Shown here: piece after piece, positions 12,102 through 21,132 of the stretch | Layout: each line of letters opens with the position of its first letter | Position numbering within the stretch: the first letter of the stretch is position 1 | From: a bacterium | Lineage (GTDB): Bacteria > Patescibacteriota > Patescibacteriia > UBA10025 | NCBI GenBank assembly: GCA_021815445.1 | Contig: JAKAGM010000001.1 | Span: 595,710-659,709, forward strand | DNA length: 64,000 nt | Reading direction: 5' to 3' | Notes under the pieces: generated by a model | What the model was told of the DNA's origin: nothing | The model's input: only the letters and a program-made list of their open reading frames with translations | Databases searched by the model: none | Program-made: the position numbers and the translations under genes

Positions 12102-12905
12102 CTAGTAATTTTTATTGATCACGCCGCTCATTATCTGGCGTGTCGATACGATAGTTTCAAGTGAAAGCTTCCCCTGGTCGCGCGGTTGGCCCACGGCGCC
12201 TTGCGACCGCATAATAATCCTTACCTTTGGCTGGAGGTTGCCTCCGTCGGAGTAGTATTTGCATGGTGAATTGTCACCTGAACAGCGATACGATTTCCAC
12301 TGGTATGTCCCACTGACTGCATCGCAACTTAAGTCCGGGAGATGACAGGTATAGACGGCTCCGGGATCAACAAATGGATCTGCGCTTGGGGTGATTATGA
12401 AACGCAACCCAGTGATTGACACCTGCGACGGAGTGATGTTGAGCCAGTCTCCTGGACCGCAAGGATCGAGCTTGGTTGTTTTTTTACAGTACTGAAGCGT
12501 GTTGGATCTCAGCGAAAAGTAGATATAGCTCCCCGACTGGTCTATCAGAGCGAGCGTAGTGACGGAAGAGGCGGCGGGATCAGGGTAAAGGTCTATGGCG
12601 CAGTCAACGCCTGCCGTACATGCATTTCCGTTCAGCAAAATACCGTTCAGATTCGGGTCCATGTAGTAATAGTAGTTGATCGATCCCAGGCGGATCTGCT
12701 GGGCAACTGCCTCGATGACGTAGCGCATATCCTCCTGTATCCTCTGCGTCGAAGCGATGCGTTTTTGCACCCCGCTCACGGTGACGAAAAGGTTGACGGC
12801 GATCAAAGACACGGTGGTAAAGATGCCCATCGCAACAATCACCTCAATGAGGGTAAACCCCGATTTGCGCCGTTTGTTTTGTGTTGTGAGAAGTTGACTG
12901 CTCAT
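12102..12905 (-). CDS. type IV minor pilin / pseudopilin (prepilin N-methylation motif)
   Basis: KSGFTLIEVIVAMGIFTTVSLIAV; start set at Met (MSSQLL) shortly before the motif. Confidence 0.7.
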   Translation of the reverse strand: MSSQLLTTQNKRRKSGFTLIEVIVAMGIFTTVSLIAVNLFVTVSGVQKRIASTQRIQEDMRYVIEAVAQQIRLGSINYYYYMDPNLNGILLNGNACTAGVDCAIDLYPDPAASSVTTLALIDQSGSYIYFSLRSNTLQYCKKTTKLDPCGPGDWLNITPSQVSITGLRFIITPSADPFVDPGAVYTCHLPDLSCDAVSGTYQWKSYRCSGDNSPCKYYSDGGNLQPKVRIIMRSQGAVGQPRDQGKLSLETIVSTRQIMSGVINKNY

Positions 12906-12912
12906 GTTTGAT

Positions 12913-13596
12913 TTATCTCCAGGCATACAATCTGTCTTCGAGGAGAACCTTGTGGGCGGTAGCCGAGTAGTCTGGCCAGCGTACCTCCACTCGTACTTGC
13001 ATTCCGACTTCGGTACTGGTACCGCAATCATTGCCAGAAGTATTAGGCCTGGTTTCTAAAACTGATTCGGTGGGGGGCGATACTGTTTTGTCCCAGCAGA
13101 TTGGATTGAGATAGATGAGGCGGTAAAAGTTAGTTGGAGAACTTGTTATTAATGCGCCTGTAGCCTGCATGAATTCATTATTCAACGAACGTATCTGGCT
13201 GCAAAGGATGCCGCTTCCGCAACTACTAAAACTGGTAGATATCCATGAGGATGGATTAAATAGCAGTGTGATCGGGACCGGAATCGCCGCCGATAAAGAT
13301 CTTACAATTGGGACCGCAGTATATTCACTTTCAATAGCATTGCCCGATATACCCGTATCCCAGCTTTCGTTGGCAAGCCAGTTGCTGTCGCGGATGTTGC
13401 GGACAATTTCAATCCCCTCCCGGGCTAAGTTCAGCGCTGTTAGGCGGTCAGACGCTACACGTCCCGCGCGGACGCTGGTAACTATCACGCTGATGGTCCC
13501 GAAGGTGCCGGCGATGATCACGGCAATCGCGATAATCACTTCAATCATGCTCTGACCGGCTTGAGGTCTTTTTACCCAGTCGTGGGGAGACGTCAT
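12913..13596 (-). CDS. type IV minor pilin-like protein (variant G-x-x-MIE leader)
   Basis: QAGQSMIEVIIAIAVIIAGTFGTISVIV; Glu at +5 and hydrophobic helix present. Confidence 0.6.
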   Translation of the reverse strand: MTSPHDWVKRPQAGQSMIEVIIAIAVIIAGTFGTISVIVTSVRAGRVASDRLTALNLAREGIEIVRNIRDSNWLANESWDTGISGNAIESEYTAVPIVRSLSAAIPVPITLLFNPSSWISTSFSSCGSGILCSQIRSLNNEFMQATGALITSSPTNFYRLIYLNPICWDKTVSPPTESVLETRPNTSGNDCGTSTEVGMQVRVEVRWPDYSATAHKVLLEDRLYAWR

Positions 13597-14411
13597 ATGG
13601 ATGCGCTCGAACAGGATGAGTTTGTTGTTGGGGGACAGGTATCTATGTCTTCGGTAACCTGGCCGGTAATCCCGTTAACGCTTACCTTCCTGCACCTTGA
13701 CGTATCCCCTCCCAAAGTGAGCCAAATTTTAAGCGACTGTATCGTCACATCTTGCTTGCCGCTTTTTGTTTGTGTATCAAACCTCACGATATGTCCGATT
13801 CCAAAAGGCGGCTCAAAAGTGACATAAGCTTCTTTGTGCGACAAGGAGCCGGGGGTGCAGATGAGCGAGTCATTATTATATTCGAAAGCCCAAATCTGAA
13901 CTGGCGTCTGAAGCGTTACCGATTTAAGTAAAGCGGCGTCAGTATAACTTCCACAGCTATTGTACCATCGGCACTGACCCGTAGTCGGATTATCAGTGGT
14001 CTTCACGTAGGTGTCCGGATACAGATTGTAGGCTGTCGGGCTTTGGATTTCTATCCCGTATCCGCCTTTGGGGACTTCCCCGCAAATAGTATTTCCTGAA
14101 TTATCTAAGGCAAGATCCGGATATGCAGGATTATTCTTAAGCGTGTTGCAGTCTGTCGCGGGGCAGATAACTGAATAAGACCCTTTGCAGATACTCACCT
14201 TCTGTCCGCCGACGGCATATGTCTGTGCTGTCCTAATATCTTGTACAAGATCTTGCGATGCCTGGCGCAATTGTTGCGCCTGTTGTCCGCGGTAGATATT
14301 GGCCATGACGAGCTGGGAAAAAATCCCCATAAACACAATGACGGCAAGAAGCTCAATGAGCGTAAACCCTTTTGGAGCGGACACATGGCGAGAGGAAGCG
14401 CGTTGCGTCAT
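13593..14411 (-). CDS. type IV minor pilin / pseudopilin
   Basis: PKGFTLIELLAVIVFMGIFSQLV; overlaps the downstream gene by 4 nt. Confidence 0.7.
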   Translation of the reverse strand: MTQRASSRHVSAPKGFTLIELLAVIVFMGIFSQLVMANIYRGQQAQQLRQASQDLVQDIRTAQTYAVGGQKVSICKGSYSVICPATDCNTLKNNPAYPDLALDNSGNTICGEVPKGGYGIEIQSPTAYNLYPDTYVKTTDNPTTGQCRWYNSCGSYTDAALLKSVTLQTPVQIWAFEYNNDSLICTPGSLSHKEAYVTFEPPFGIGHIVRFDTQTKSGKQDVTIQSLKIWLTLGGDTSRCRKVSVNGITGQVTEDIDTCPPTTNSSCSSASI

Positions 14412-14430
14412 TGGGTTACGGGCAAGTTAC

Positions 14431-15183
14431 CTAATAAAACCAGCCGCGCGAATACCAGTCGATGAGCGACTGGCCGAAAAAAAAGGTGACAAACGTTGTA
14501 ACGGTGAGGAATGTCCCCAACGGTACGTGGCTTTTCCAGCCTTTCTTCCTGGTAAGGATAAGGACAATGCCCACTATCGAGCCGGCAAAATACGCGAGGA
14601 AAAGCGCGACGACCAGGAATTTCCACCCGAGCATTGCCCCCATAAGGGCGCCCAGGCGGATATCTCCCCCGCCGATCCATTTTCCCCGGGAGATAAGGTA
14701 TTGCAAGAGGAAAAACGCAGCTCCGCCCCCCATTCCTATCAGCATGGCGAGTGGCGGGATATGCAAGACGGTGATACTGAGAATAATTGCGACAACAATT
14801 CCGGGAATGCTCACCTGGTCGAGAATGACCGAATAGCGGAAATCCTGAACAAAAATAATGATGAGAAACACGGTAAAGAGCGCATAGGTTGCGAATGCCA
14901 ACGTCAGCCCAAAATTCAAATAGAGGAACAGGAAACTCATTGCTGCCGCGAACTCTACAAGCGGATATTGCCAGGAGATTGGTTTGCCGCACCAGCGGCA
15001 TTTGGCGCGAAGGGCGATAAAACTCAACAACGGGAAGAGATCAAGGAAGATGAGCCGATGTTTACAGTGCGGGCAGTACGAACTTCCTTTGATAAATCCT
15101 ATGCCACGATAGGTGCGATAGATTACCACATTCAAAAAGCTCCCCACAATCAGGCCCAGAATAAAAACAAGCGCCCCGAGCAT
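14431..15183 (-). CDS. pilD: prepilin peptidase (A24 family)
   Basis: N-terminal CPHC...CRWC zinc pairs, polytopic membrane protein, GGGDIRLGALMGAMLGW catalytic-Asp motif. Confidence 0.85.
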   Translation of the reverse strand: MLGALVFILGLIVGSFLNVVIYRTYRGIGFIKGSSYCPHCKHRLIFLDLFPLLSFIALRAKCRWCGKPISWQYPLVEFAAAMSFLFLYLNFGLTLAFATYALFTVFLIIIFVQDFRYSVILDQVSIPGIVVAIILSITVLHIPPLAMLIGMGGGAAFFLLQYLISRGKWIGGGDIRLGALMGAMLGWKFLVVALFLAYFAGSIVGIVLILTRKKGWKSHVPLGTFLTVTTFVTFFFGQSLIDWYSRGWFY

Positions 15184-15356
15184 ACTTATTCTCTCAAGGA
15201 GCTATCGTGCTGAAAAAACTTCTGTTTCATGCGCATAGTATACCACAAAAACTCCCAAACGTAAATGTCTAACCATCTCTTCTTTCACATGACGCACGTT
15301 TGAGGATGTAGCGGCAGACCTGCCCCTTATGTTCATGACCCGAGGTTGGCTAATCT

Positions 15357-15797
15357 CTATTGAAACCCATCCTGAGAAATTGCATGGGCGCCCGCCTTGA
15401 GATTTCCATACGACCTTTCGAGCTGGAAGGTCACCTGGTACCCTTCGTCATCGGGCACTCGACTGACAACATACGAAAAGCTTCCAGGGTCACTGAGCGT
15501 TGCGATGTCAGGGATCACGGACGATAGCTTGCACAGATTGACGTGCACACCGACGGTATTGCAGCCGCCGTCAGCTGCTTTGGCAAAACTTGCGTTTTGG
15601 GCGAAAAGAAATTCGAATGCCGCTTGGACCCGCGACATATCGGCAAGACGTTTCGCGTCCCGGGTTTTAGCGTGTTCGCTGTTTAAGAGGTAAAAGAAAC
15701 CTCCAAAAACTGCGCTTGCGATCAACACCCACACAAGGAGCTGGATCAAGGTGAAACCTTTGCTGGCCTGTCTGAGCGATAAAAATTGGTTTCTCAT
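15357..15797 (-). CDS. type IV pilin (PilA-like, about 146 aa, C-terminal Cys pair)
   Basis: SKGFTLIQLLVWVLIASAVFGG; C...C in GGCNTVGVHVNLC. Confidence 0.75.
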   Translation of the reverse strand: MRNQFLSLRQASKGFTLIQLLVWVLIASAVFGGFFYLLNSEHAKTRDAKRLADMSRVQAAFEFLFAQNASFAKAADGGCNTVGVHVNLCKLSSVIPDIATLSDPGSFSYVVSRVPDDEGYQVTFQLERSYGNLKAGAHAISQDGFQ

Positions 15798-15821
15798 ACG
15801 ATAAGTATACACCGTGCCCTC

Positions 15822-17738
15822 CTAACGCTCAACTCCGTCAAGCGCCTGCTGGGCGTCGGTGAAAGTGCCGTCAAATTGCAGTGAAAGTTGGAACTGTTTT
15901 TTCGCCAGACCCTTTTTGCCTTCACCGAGATATATCTGCCCTGACAGGAGTGCAAGCCGGGCAAGCTGACGTTGAAGATTCGAATTTGCGGAATACGTCA
16001 CGCCGCGATATTTCTCCAGAGCGGTGCCGACAAGCTCAAGCGCCCGAGCTTCCTTCCCCTGTTTGTGATAGACACTGGCAAGGTCGTAGATAATATCCGG
16101 ATGCAAAATGGGGTCATAGCTGAGTGCGCGACTGAACGCTCCTATCGCTTCATCAAGCTTGTTCTCGGCTGTATACACCCTCCCTTGCAGTTGAAGAAGC
16201 GAATAATCTTCCGGACTGATTCGCATTGCGCCGTTGAGGTCATGCTGTGCGGAGAGAAGTGCTTCGGAGTTATCGATTGACAGCTCACGAGCACCGGCGC
16301 GTAAAAGGTAGTCAGGGTTCGGATCATACGCAAACGCCGCTTCGTATTGCTGTGCCGCTAACAAAGAATCGTTGCGGGAATCTGCACTTGTAGCGGCCTG
16401 GGAATACGCCCCGCCGATAAAAAGCTGCAGTGCCCTCAGAAAAAGTATGAATGCCAACAATACGACTACCCCTCGTACGACTCGATATCCTCTGCCCGGC
16501 GTGAATTCCCGCTCAGCATGCGTCATACCGGCGGCAAGACCGGCGACAAGCCAGAAAATCAGCGCGACGGAAGGAAAATAAAGCGCAAAATCAAACGCTG
16601 CGTGCGCCATCCCTGCGAGCGTTCCAAACGCGAGGCTGATACCCAGCCAGTACTCCGGCGTTCCCTTCTTAGTCAACAAGAACTTCACAAATTGCCTGAT
16701 GACTATCACCAGAAAAACAAGAAAAAGTGCGGCAGCCAAACCCCCGCCCTCGGCAAGCAGCCCGAGGTAGTAGTTATGGGAATACCGGGGCTGCTCTATG
16801 AGAGACGTGGCGTACCGGGGATACAGCTTTTGGAATGTCCCGAGGCCGCTTCCCGTGAAAGGGTAATCGGCAAACATGCGGATATTAATCTGGTTGAAGG
16901 CCAGACGCTGGGTAAAGCTAGTGCGGACGTTTTCCGATGAAATTGTCGTACCGAGAGAAAACGCCTTTGTAATACTTTTTGTGATGACCAGCCGGGCTCC
17001 GATGAGCAGAAGGCACAGGGCAAGAAACGTGCAGAGAATGACCAAAACGCGTTTTCGGGAAATGTGAGGTCGGATGAATGCAAGAGCAATGAGCCCGACT
17101 ATGAGTCCGCTGACCCAGGCCGTATAGGAAAAAGAAAAAAGAAGTGAGAGGATAATGACGCTTAAAAACACCGCAAATACCTTTCTCGCGCCGCCCTTCC
17201 GCGTGGCGAAAGACCAAAGTGCGAGAGGAAGAATGATGATCAGATACCCGCCAAGCACATTGGGGTTGCCGAGAAGCCCGCCGCTGCGCAGTTCGCCTCT
17301 GACCAGCGATATTATCACGCTAGAGGCGGCGACCAAGGATCCGATGCTGACAAGGATAAGTACGAGCGGCTGTGTTAACTTCTTATATTTCCCGAGCATC
17401 CCTCCCGACGCAAAGACGCACGCATACCCAAGCGAGATCAGCCACTGGTGGAAGCTGATATAGAGATTCTTAGAGAAAAATGAGATAGCGAGAAGAGCAA
17501 GGAGAAATAGCGCCAGGATGATGACTGCGGGGTGGCGGATAAAAGGAAAAATATATTCATCCTCCAGAGATCTGATAAGAACAAAAACGAGAAAGAACGT
17601 CAAAACGAAAAGAATGGCGATAAGCCAGGGGTTCCAATCGCCAATGATAAGCGTGCTGAAAGCCAAAAGCAGGCAGAGCGTGCCTATCACTATTCCCTCG
17701 CGGAACGAAAAACGCTGGTGTGGTATGTCAGTAGCCAT
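15822..17738 (-). CDS. O-antigen ligase (Wzy_C)-family polytopic membrane protein with C-terminal TPR repeats; candidate pilin O-oligosaccharyltransferase
   Basis: YSHNYYLGLLAEGGGLAAALFL matches the Wzy_C/O-antigen-ligase signature. At least 10 TM segments, then TPR-like repeats (AIGAFSRALSYDP...). Lies directly downstream of a pilin gene. Confidence 0.65.
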   Translation of the reverse strand: MATDIPHQRFSFREGIVIGTLCLLLAFSTLIIGDWNPWLIAILFVLTFFLVFVLIRSLEDEYIFPFIRHPAVIILALFLLALLAISFFSKNLYISFHQWLISLGYACVFASGGMLGKYKKLTQPLVLILVSIGSLVAASSVIISLVRGELRSGGLLGNPNVLGGYLIIILPLALWSFATRKGGARKVFAVFLSVIILSLLFSFSYTAWVSGLIVGLIALAFIRPHISRKRVLVILCTFLALCLLLIGARLVITKSITKAFSLGTTISSENVRTSFTQRLAFNQINIRMFADYPFTGSGLGTFQKLYPRYATSLIEQPRYSHNYYLGLLAEGGGLAAALFLVFLVIVIRQFVKFLLTKKGTPEYWLGISLAFGTLAGMAHAAFDFALYFPSVALIFWLVAGLAAGMTHAEREFTPGRGYRVVRGVVVLLAFILFLRALQLFIGGAYSQAATSADSRNDSLLAAQQYEAAFAYDPNPDYLLRAGARELSIDNSEALLSAQHDLNGAMRISPEDYSLLQLQGRVYTAENKLDEAIGAFSRALSYDPILHPDIIYDLASVYHKQGKEARALELVGTALEKYRGVTYSANSNLQRQLARLALLSGQIYLGEGKKGLAKKQFQLSLQFDGTFTDAQQALDGVER

Positions 17739-17794
17739 TTTGCACCTAGTTATCCAATTTCATTGTAATGCACTCTAAGAAGCTCGCCCAAAGA

Positions 17795-18274
17795 CTAAAG
17801 CGCCGAACATGAACTTTGAATTGAAGTGTCCCCCGTTTCATCGGAGACGACAAACTTGCCAGCGTATGTAGGGGACTCGAGCACCGCGCAAAGACGATAC
17901 TTGGAGTTTACGCCATTATCAGTATCATAGCTATAATACACGGTTGACGAGTTGACAGGGTCTACGAAGCGTCCTGCTAAGTATTCCGTAACAATGGGAT
18001 TCGTTGCCGCATCAGCATCCCAGATAGACCCTCCAGCAGCCACATAACTCAGATCCGCAGCCCCACCGCCGGCAACAGTAGCAGGATAGGCTCCGTTCGC
18101 GTCATGGTAGAGTGTCAATGCGAGACGAAGCTGGGCAAGATCGGACTTTCGCCGCGCATCACGCGCGTTTTCCCTCGCTCCATTGAGTGACACAATCCCA
18201 ATCACGGAGAGATAGCCGATAATCGCGATGACGACAAGAAGCTCGATAAGCGTAAACCCTCTCTCTTTTCTCAT
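17795..18274 (-). CDS. type IV pilin (PilA-like)
   Basis: ERGFTLIELLVVIAIIGYLSVIGIVSLNGAREN...; N-terminal 60 aa about 70% identical to the 19137-19712 pilin, C-terminus unrelated. Confidence 0.8.
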   Translation of the reverse strand: MRKERGFTLIELLVVIAIIGYLSVIGIVSLNGARENARDARRKSDLAQLRLALTLYHDANGAYPATVAGGGAADLSYVAAGGSIWDADAATNPIVTEYLAGRFVDPVNSSTVYYSYDTDNGVNSKYRLCAVLESPTYAGKFVVSDETGDTSIQSSCSAL

Positions 18275-18469
18275 CGAAGTGTAGTGCATAGAACCTAGCA
18301 AGTATAGCAAAAAAGGCCCGGGCTGATAAGCATCAATAATACCTCAATCACACCATGCTGAACCTTTAGTCCTGATGAAAATCAGGATCTCAGCATCCCG
18401 AGGTACAACAACGAGACTCCAGGGTCAGACCCGAAGTGGTAAGCAAATAAAGCCGGTGAAGCTACGTCA

Positions 18470-19060
18470 CTACCGTATCGCAAAAAGTCCCGTCCACACC
18501 GCCAGTTGATTGCCGAAATAGATGGTGATAATGACGGCCAGCGGTATAGACAGCATCACGGAGATGCGGTCTTCCATCTTTTCTTTTTTGAGTGCAACTC
18601 GGAGCAGTTTGATAATAACAGTCAAAACAAATACCAGCCCGAGGAATATGAAGAATACCGGCCAACCGGAAATAGCTACCCCGAAACAAAGTAGAACAAT
18701 CTCCTGCGGTGTAAGCCACTGGCGCCCCTTTTTTGTAATCAAAAAGAATATGCCATAGAGCGCCGCCCCAATAGTCAACGAGACCCCTAATGGTCCCAGT
18801 TCGCTCCCTATCAGCTGATAGATCTTATGCGAATATGGGAGTGTAAAATATTTTGCTATATCATTGCTCGTTTGCCACGAGTGATAGATTATAAAACCCC
18901 AAAGCATAATGCGGAAAATCGAAAGCACGGTGTAAACCAGTACTCCGTACCACAAGAGCTTTAAAGAAACCTCACGGTTGCGGATTAAAACGACTAAAAT
19001 ATATGCAAAAAATAATCCAACAAATATCGCGACTGCCCATGTGAGAAGAAAGTTAATCAT
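18470..19060 (-). CDS. polytopic membrane protein, unknown function (196 aa)
   Basis: Five or six hydrophobic helices; lacks the GGGD prepilin-peptidase motif. Confidence 0.5.
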   Translation of the reverse strand: MINFLLTWAVAIFVGLFFAYILVVLIRNREVSLKLLWYGVLVYTVLSIFRIMLWGFIIYHSWQTSNDIAKYFTLPYSHKIYQLIGSELGPLGVSLTIGAALYGIFFLITKKGRQWLTPQEIVLLCFGVAISGWPVFFIFLGLVFVLTVIIKLLRVALKKEKMEDRISVMLSIPLAVIITIYFGNQLAVWTGLFAIR

Positions 19061-19136
19061 ATTTTAGAGTATACCAAAAGATCGACCCTCTTTGGAAGTG
19101 TCGATCTTTGGATTTGTCAATCTCTTGAATTACCAA

Positions 19137-19712
19137 CTAGAACGTACAAGTCGTCGCGCTACAAGCAGTCGTATGGCCAGTAGCAGTCTTCCCATTTGCC
19201 CCGGTGTTGTCCAGGTAGTAGTACTGAGTTGTGCCACCCTCTAACTGAGTGTATAACACGTACGCAGAAAACTGGTTTGCCTCGTTCGTGTCATAACAGT
19301 AATGGTTGGCAGTTGGGTTGGTTGAGCTAGAGGCAGCAGGAGGTTTCAACGCATTGCCAAGATATGTGGGTATAAGCTTAGCAGTGGCGCCTGTAACCGT
19401 TCCAGTCATGATATTAGCACCGCTTGCGCTAAAAGCGCCGCCAGCCATGAGTTGCGTGGTTGAAGCGCCGGTATTATCTACACAATCCGACGAAGTCGCC
19501 GCAGTTGCAGCTATCTGAGGCGGATACATTGAGTTATTGTCATCATAGTAGAGTGAGAGTGCGGTGCGGAACTGCGCCAAGTCAGACACGCGCTGCGCGT
19601 CGCGAGCCTTTTCGCGGGCGCCATTCAGGGCGACAAGACCGATAGTCGACAAAATACCAATGATGGCGATAACCACCAGAAGTTCGATAAGCGTAAATCC
19701 TTTCTTTCTCAT
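19137..19712 (-). CDS. type IV pilin (PilA-like, candidate major pilin)
   Basis: MRKKGFTLIELLVVIAIIGILSTIGLVALNGAREKARDAQRVSDLAQ; Thr/Ala/Gly-rich variable C-terminus with a Cys pair. Own sigma70-like promoter upstream. Confidence 0.8.
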   Translation of the reverse strand: MRKKGFTLIELLVVIAIIGILSTIGLVALNGAREKARDAQRVSDLAQFRTALSLYYDDNNSMYPPQIAATAATSSDCVDNTGASTTQLMAGGAFSASGANIMTGTVTGATAKLIPTYLGNALKPPAASSSTNPTANHYCYDTNEANQFSAYVLYTQLEGGTTQYYYLDNTGANGKTATGHTTACSATTCTF

Positions 19713-19788
19713 TTCAATCTCACCCCCTTTCGTAAGTAGAGATATCTCTTTTCTTATTTTCGCCGTGGATGTCCCACAGGCACATACT

Positions 19789-19817
19789 ATATTAACACAC
19801 TTTCAGGAAAAAGTCAA
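19789..19817 (-). promoter_or_regulatory. sigma70-like promoter for the 19137-19712 pilin
   Basis: Minus strand TTGACT-17 nt-TAATAT. RBS GAAAGGGGGTGAG precedes the ATG. Confidence 0.5.
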
Positions 19818-19920
19818 CTTTTATCCACAGGTGGTTAGACAGTCGAAAGGCCGTTATTAATGTTATATATTAAGCGCTTTCGTGCGTCCGACCAAAACAA
19901 TTCGTCAAATGACGCGATAA

Positions 19921-21129
19921 TTAAATCGCACTCGATAGATTGTAGATTGGCAATAGAATAGCCGATACCAGCAAACCGACGGCAATGCCCATAATGATCA
20001 TGATAATAGGCTCGATGAGCGTGACAAGGTTGCGCGTGGAATTGTCCAGTTCGCGGGCATAGAACTCGGCAACCTTCTTAAGGATGAGATCAAGCCGACC
20101 AGACTGTTCCCCCACACTCATCATCTGGGGAAGCATGAGGGGGACGTCTTTGCTTCTCAGGAATACGGTCGTAATAGAGTTGCCGCTCTGAACTTCGGTG
20201 ATAGTCTCATTGATAAGATCGTGATACACCGAATTCCCGACAACATCGCCGACGATATCGAGCGCCTGCCCTAAAGGGATGCCCGATTCGAGAAGCGTTG
20301 AGAGCGAGCGCGAGAACCGTACGATGTAGGTGCCATTGGCTATCTTGCCGAAAATAGGCACGCGGATGATGAATCGGTCTATCGCCCTACGGCCTACTGC
20401 GCTTCGTGAAAACATTCTATAACCGGCAAAGAGTCCGATGACAAGCAAAACCAATACCCACCAGTATTTTTGCATTGCGCCGCTGACGAAGATAAGAACT
20501 TTAGTGCTCAAAGGCAGCGTCCCTCCGCCGGCTGTCAGCACACCGAGCAGCTGAGGTACGACAAAAATCATCATGAGCGCGCCTACGACTATCAAAGCTG
20601 AAAGAATGAAAATTGGATAAATCATCGCGCCTTTGACCTTTCCTTTCAAGTCATAATCTTTTTCCGCTTCGTCGGCAAGGTAGAGCAGGATTTCATCGAG
20701 CTTGCCTGTCGTCTCGGCGGAACGCACCATTTGTATGAAAAAATTTGTGAACACTTTGGGGTATCTCGCCATGGTGGTGGACAGCTTTGCACCGCCGTCT
20801 ACCTCATCAGCAAGATCGGAAATGATCACCTTGAAATTGACATTCTCAGTCTGCCGTACAATTGTCTTGAGCGCCTTGACCAGCGGAACACCCGCGGAAA
20901 TCATGACCGAGAGCTGCCGTGAAAAGACAACCGTTTCTTTTGATTTGATTTTATTGAGGAAACTGAGCGATATCTGGAGGGCTCCCGACTTCTTCCGTTC
21001 ATTCAGTGAAATGACGAAAAGGTTCTTGTCCCGCAGATTGTTGTAGGCAACGTTCTCCGAAGGCGCGACCACGGCTCCGTTTATCGTAGCGCCTTCCTGG
21101 CTTTTTGCTTTGTAGTCAAAAATTGCCAT
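19921..21129 (-). CDS. pilC: type IV pilus platform protein (GspF/PilC family)
   Basis: 402 aa with two T2SS-F repeats and 3+ TM helices; typical PilC length and topology. Confidence 0.8.
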   Translation of the reverse strand: MAIFDYKAKSQEGATINGAVVAPSENVAYNNLRDKNLFVISLNERKKSGALQISLSFLNKIKSKETVVFSRQLSVMISAGVPLVKALKTIVRQTENVNFKVIISDLADEVDGGAKLSTTMARYPKVFTNFFIQMVRSAETTGKLDEILLYLADEAEKDYDLKGKVKGAMIYPIFILSALIVVGALMMIFVVPQLLGVLTAGGGTLPLSTKVLIFVSGAMQKYWWVLVLLVIGLFAGYRMFSRSAVGRRAIDRFIIRVPIFGKIANGTYIVRFSRSLSTLLESGIPLGQALDIVGDVVGNSVYHDLINETITEVQSGNSITTVFLRSKDVPLMLPQMMSVGEQSGRLDLILKKVAEFYARELDNSTRNLVTLIEPIIMIIMGIAVGLLVSAILLPIYNLSSAI

Positions 21130-21132
21130 AGG

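Noticed and set aside
14299-15213. 304-aa plus-strand ORF
   Set aside because: Lies entirely antisense to the well-supported prepilin peptidase gene pilD (minus strand). Composition is Arg/Pro-rich and not protein-like; no RBS.
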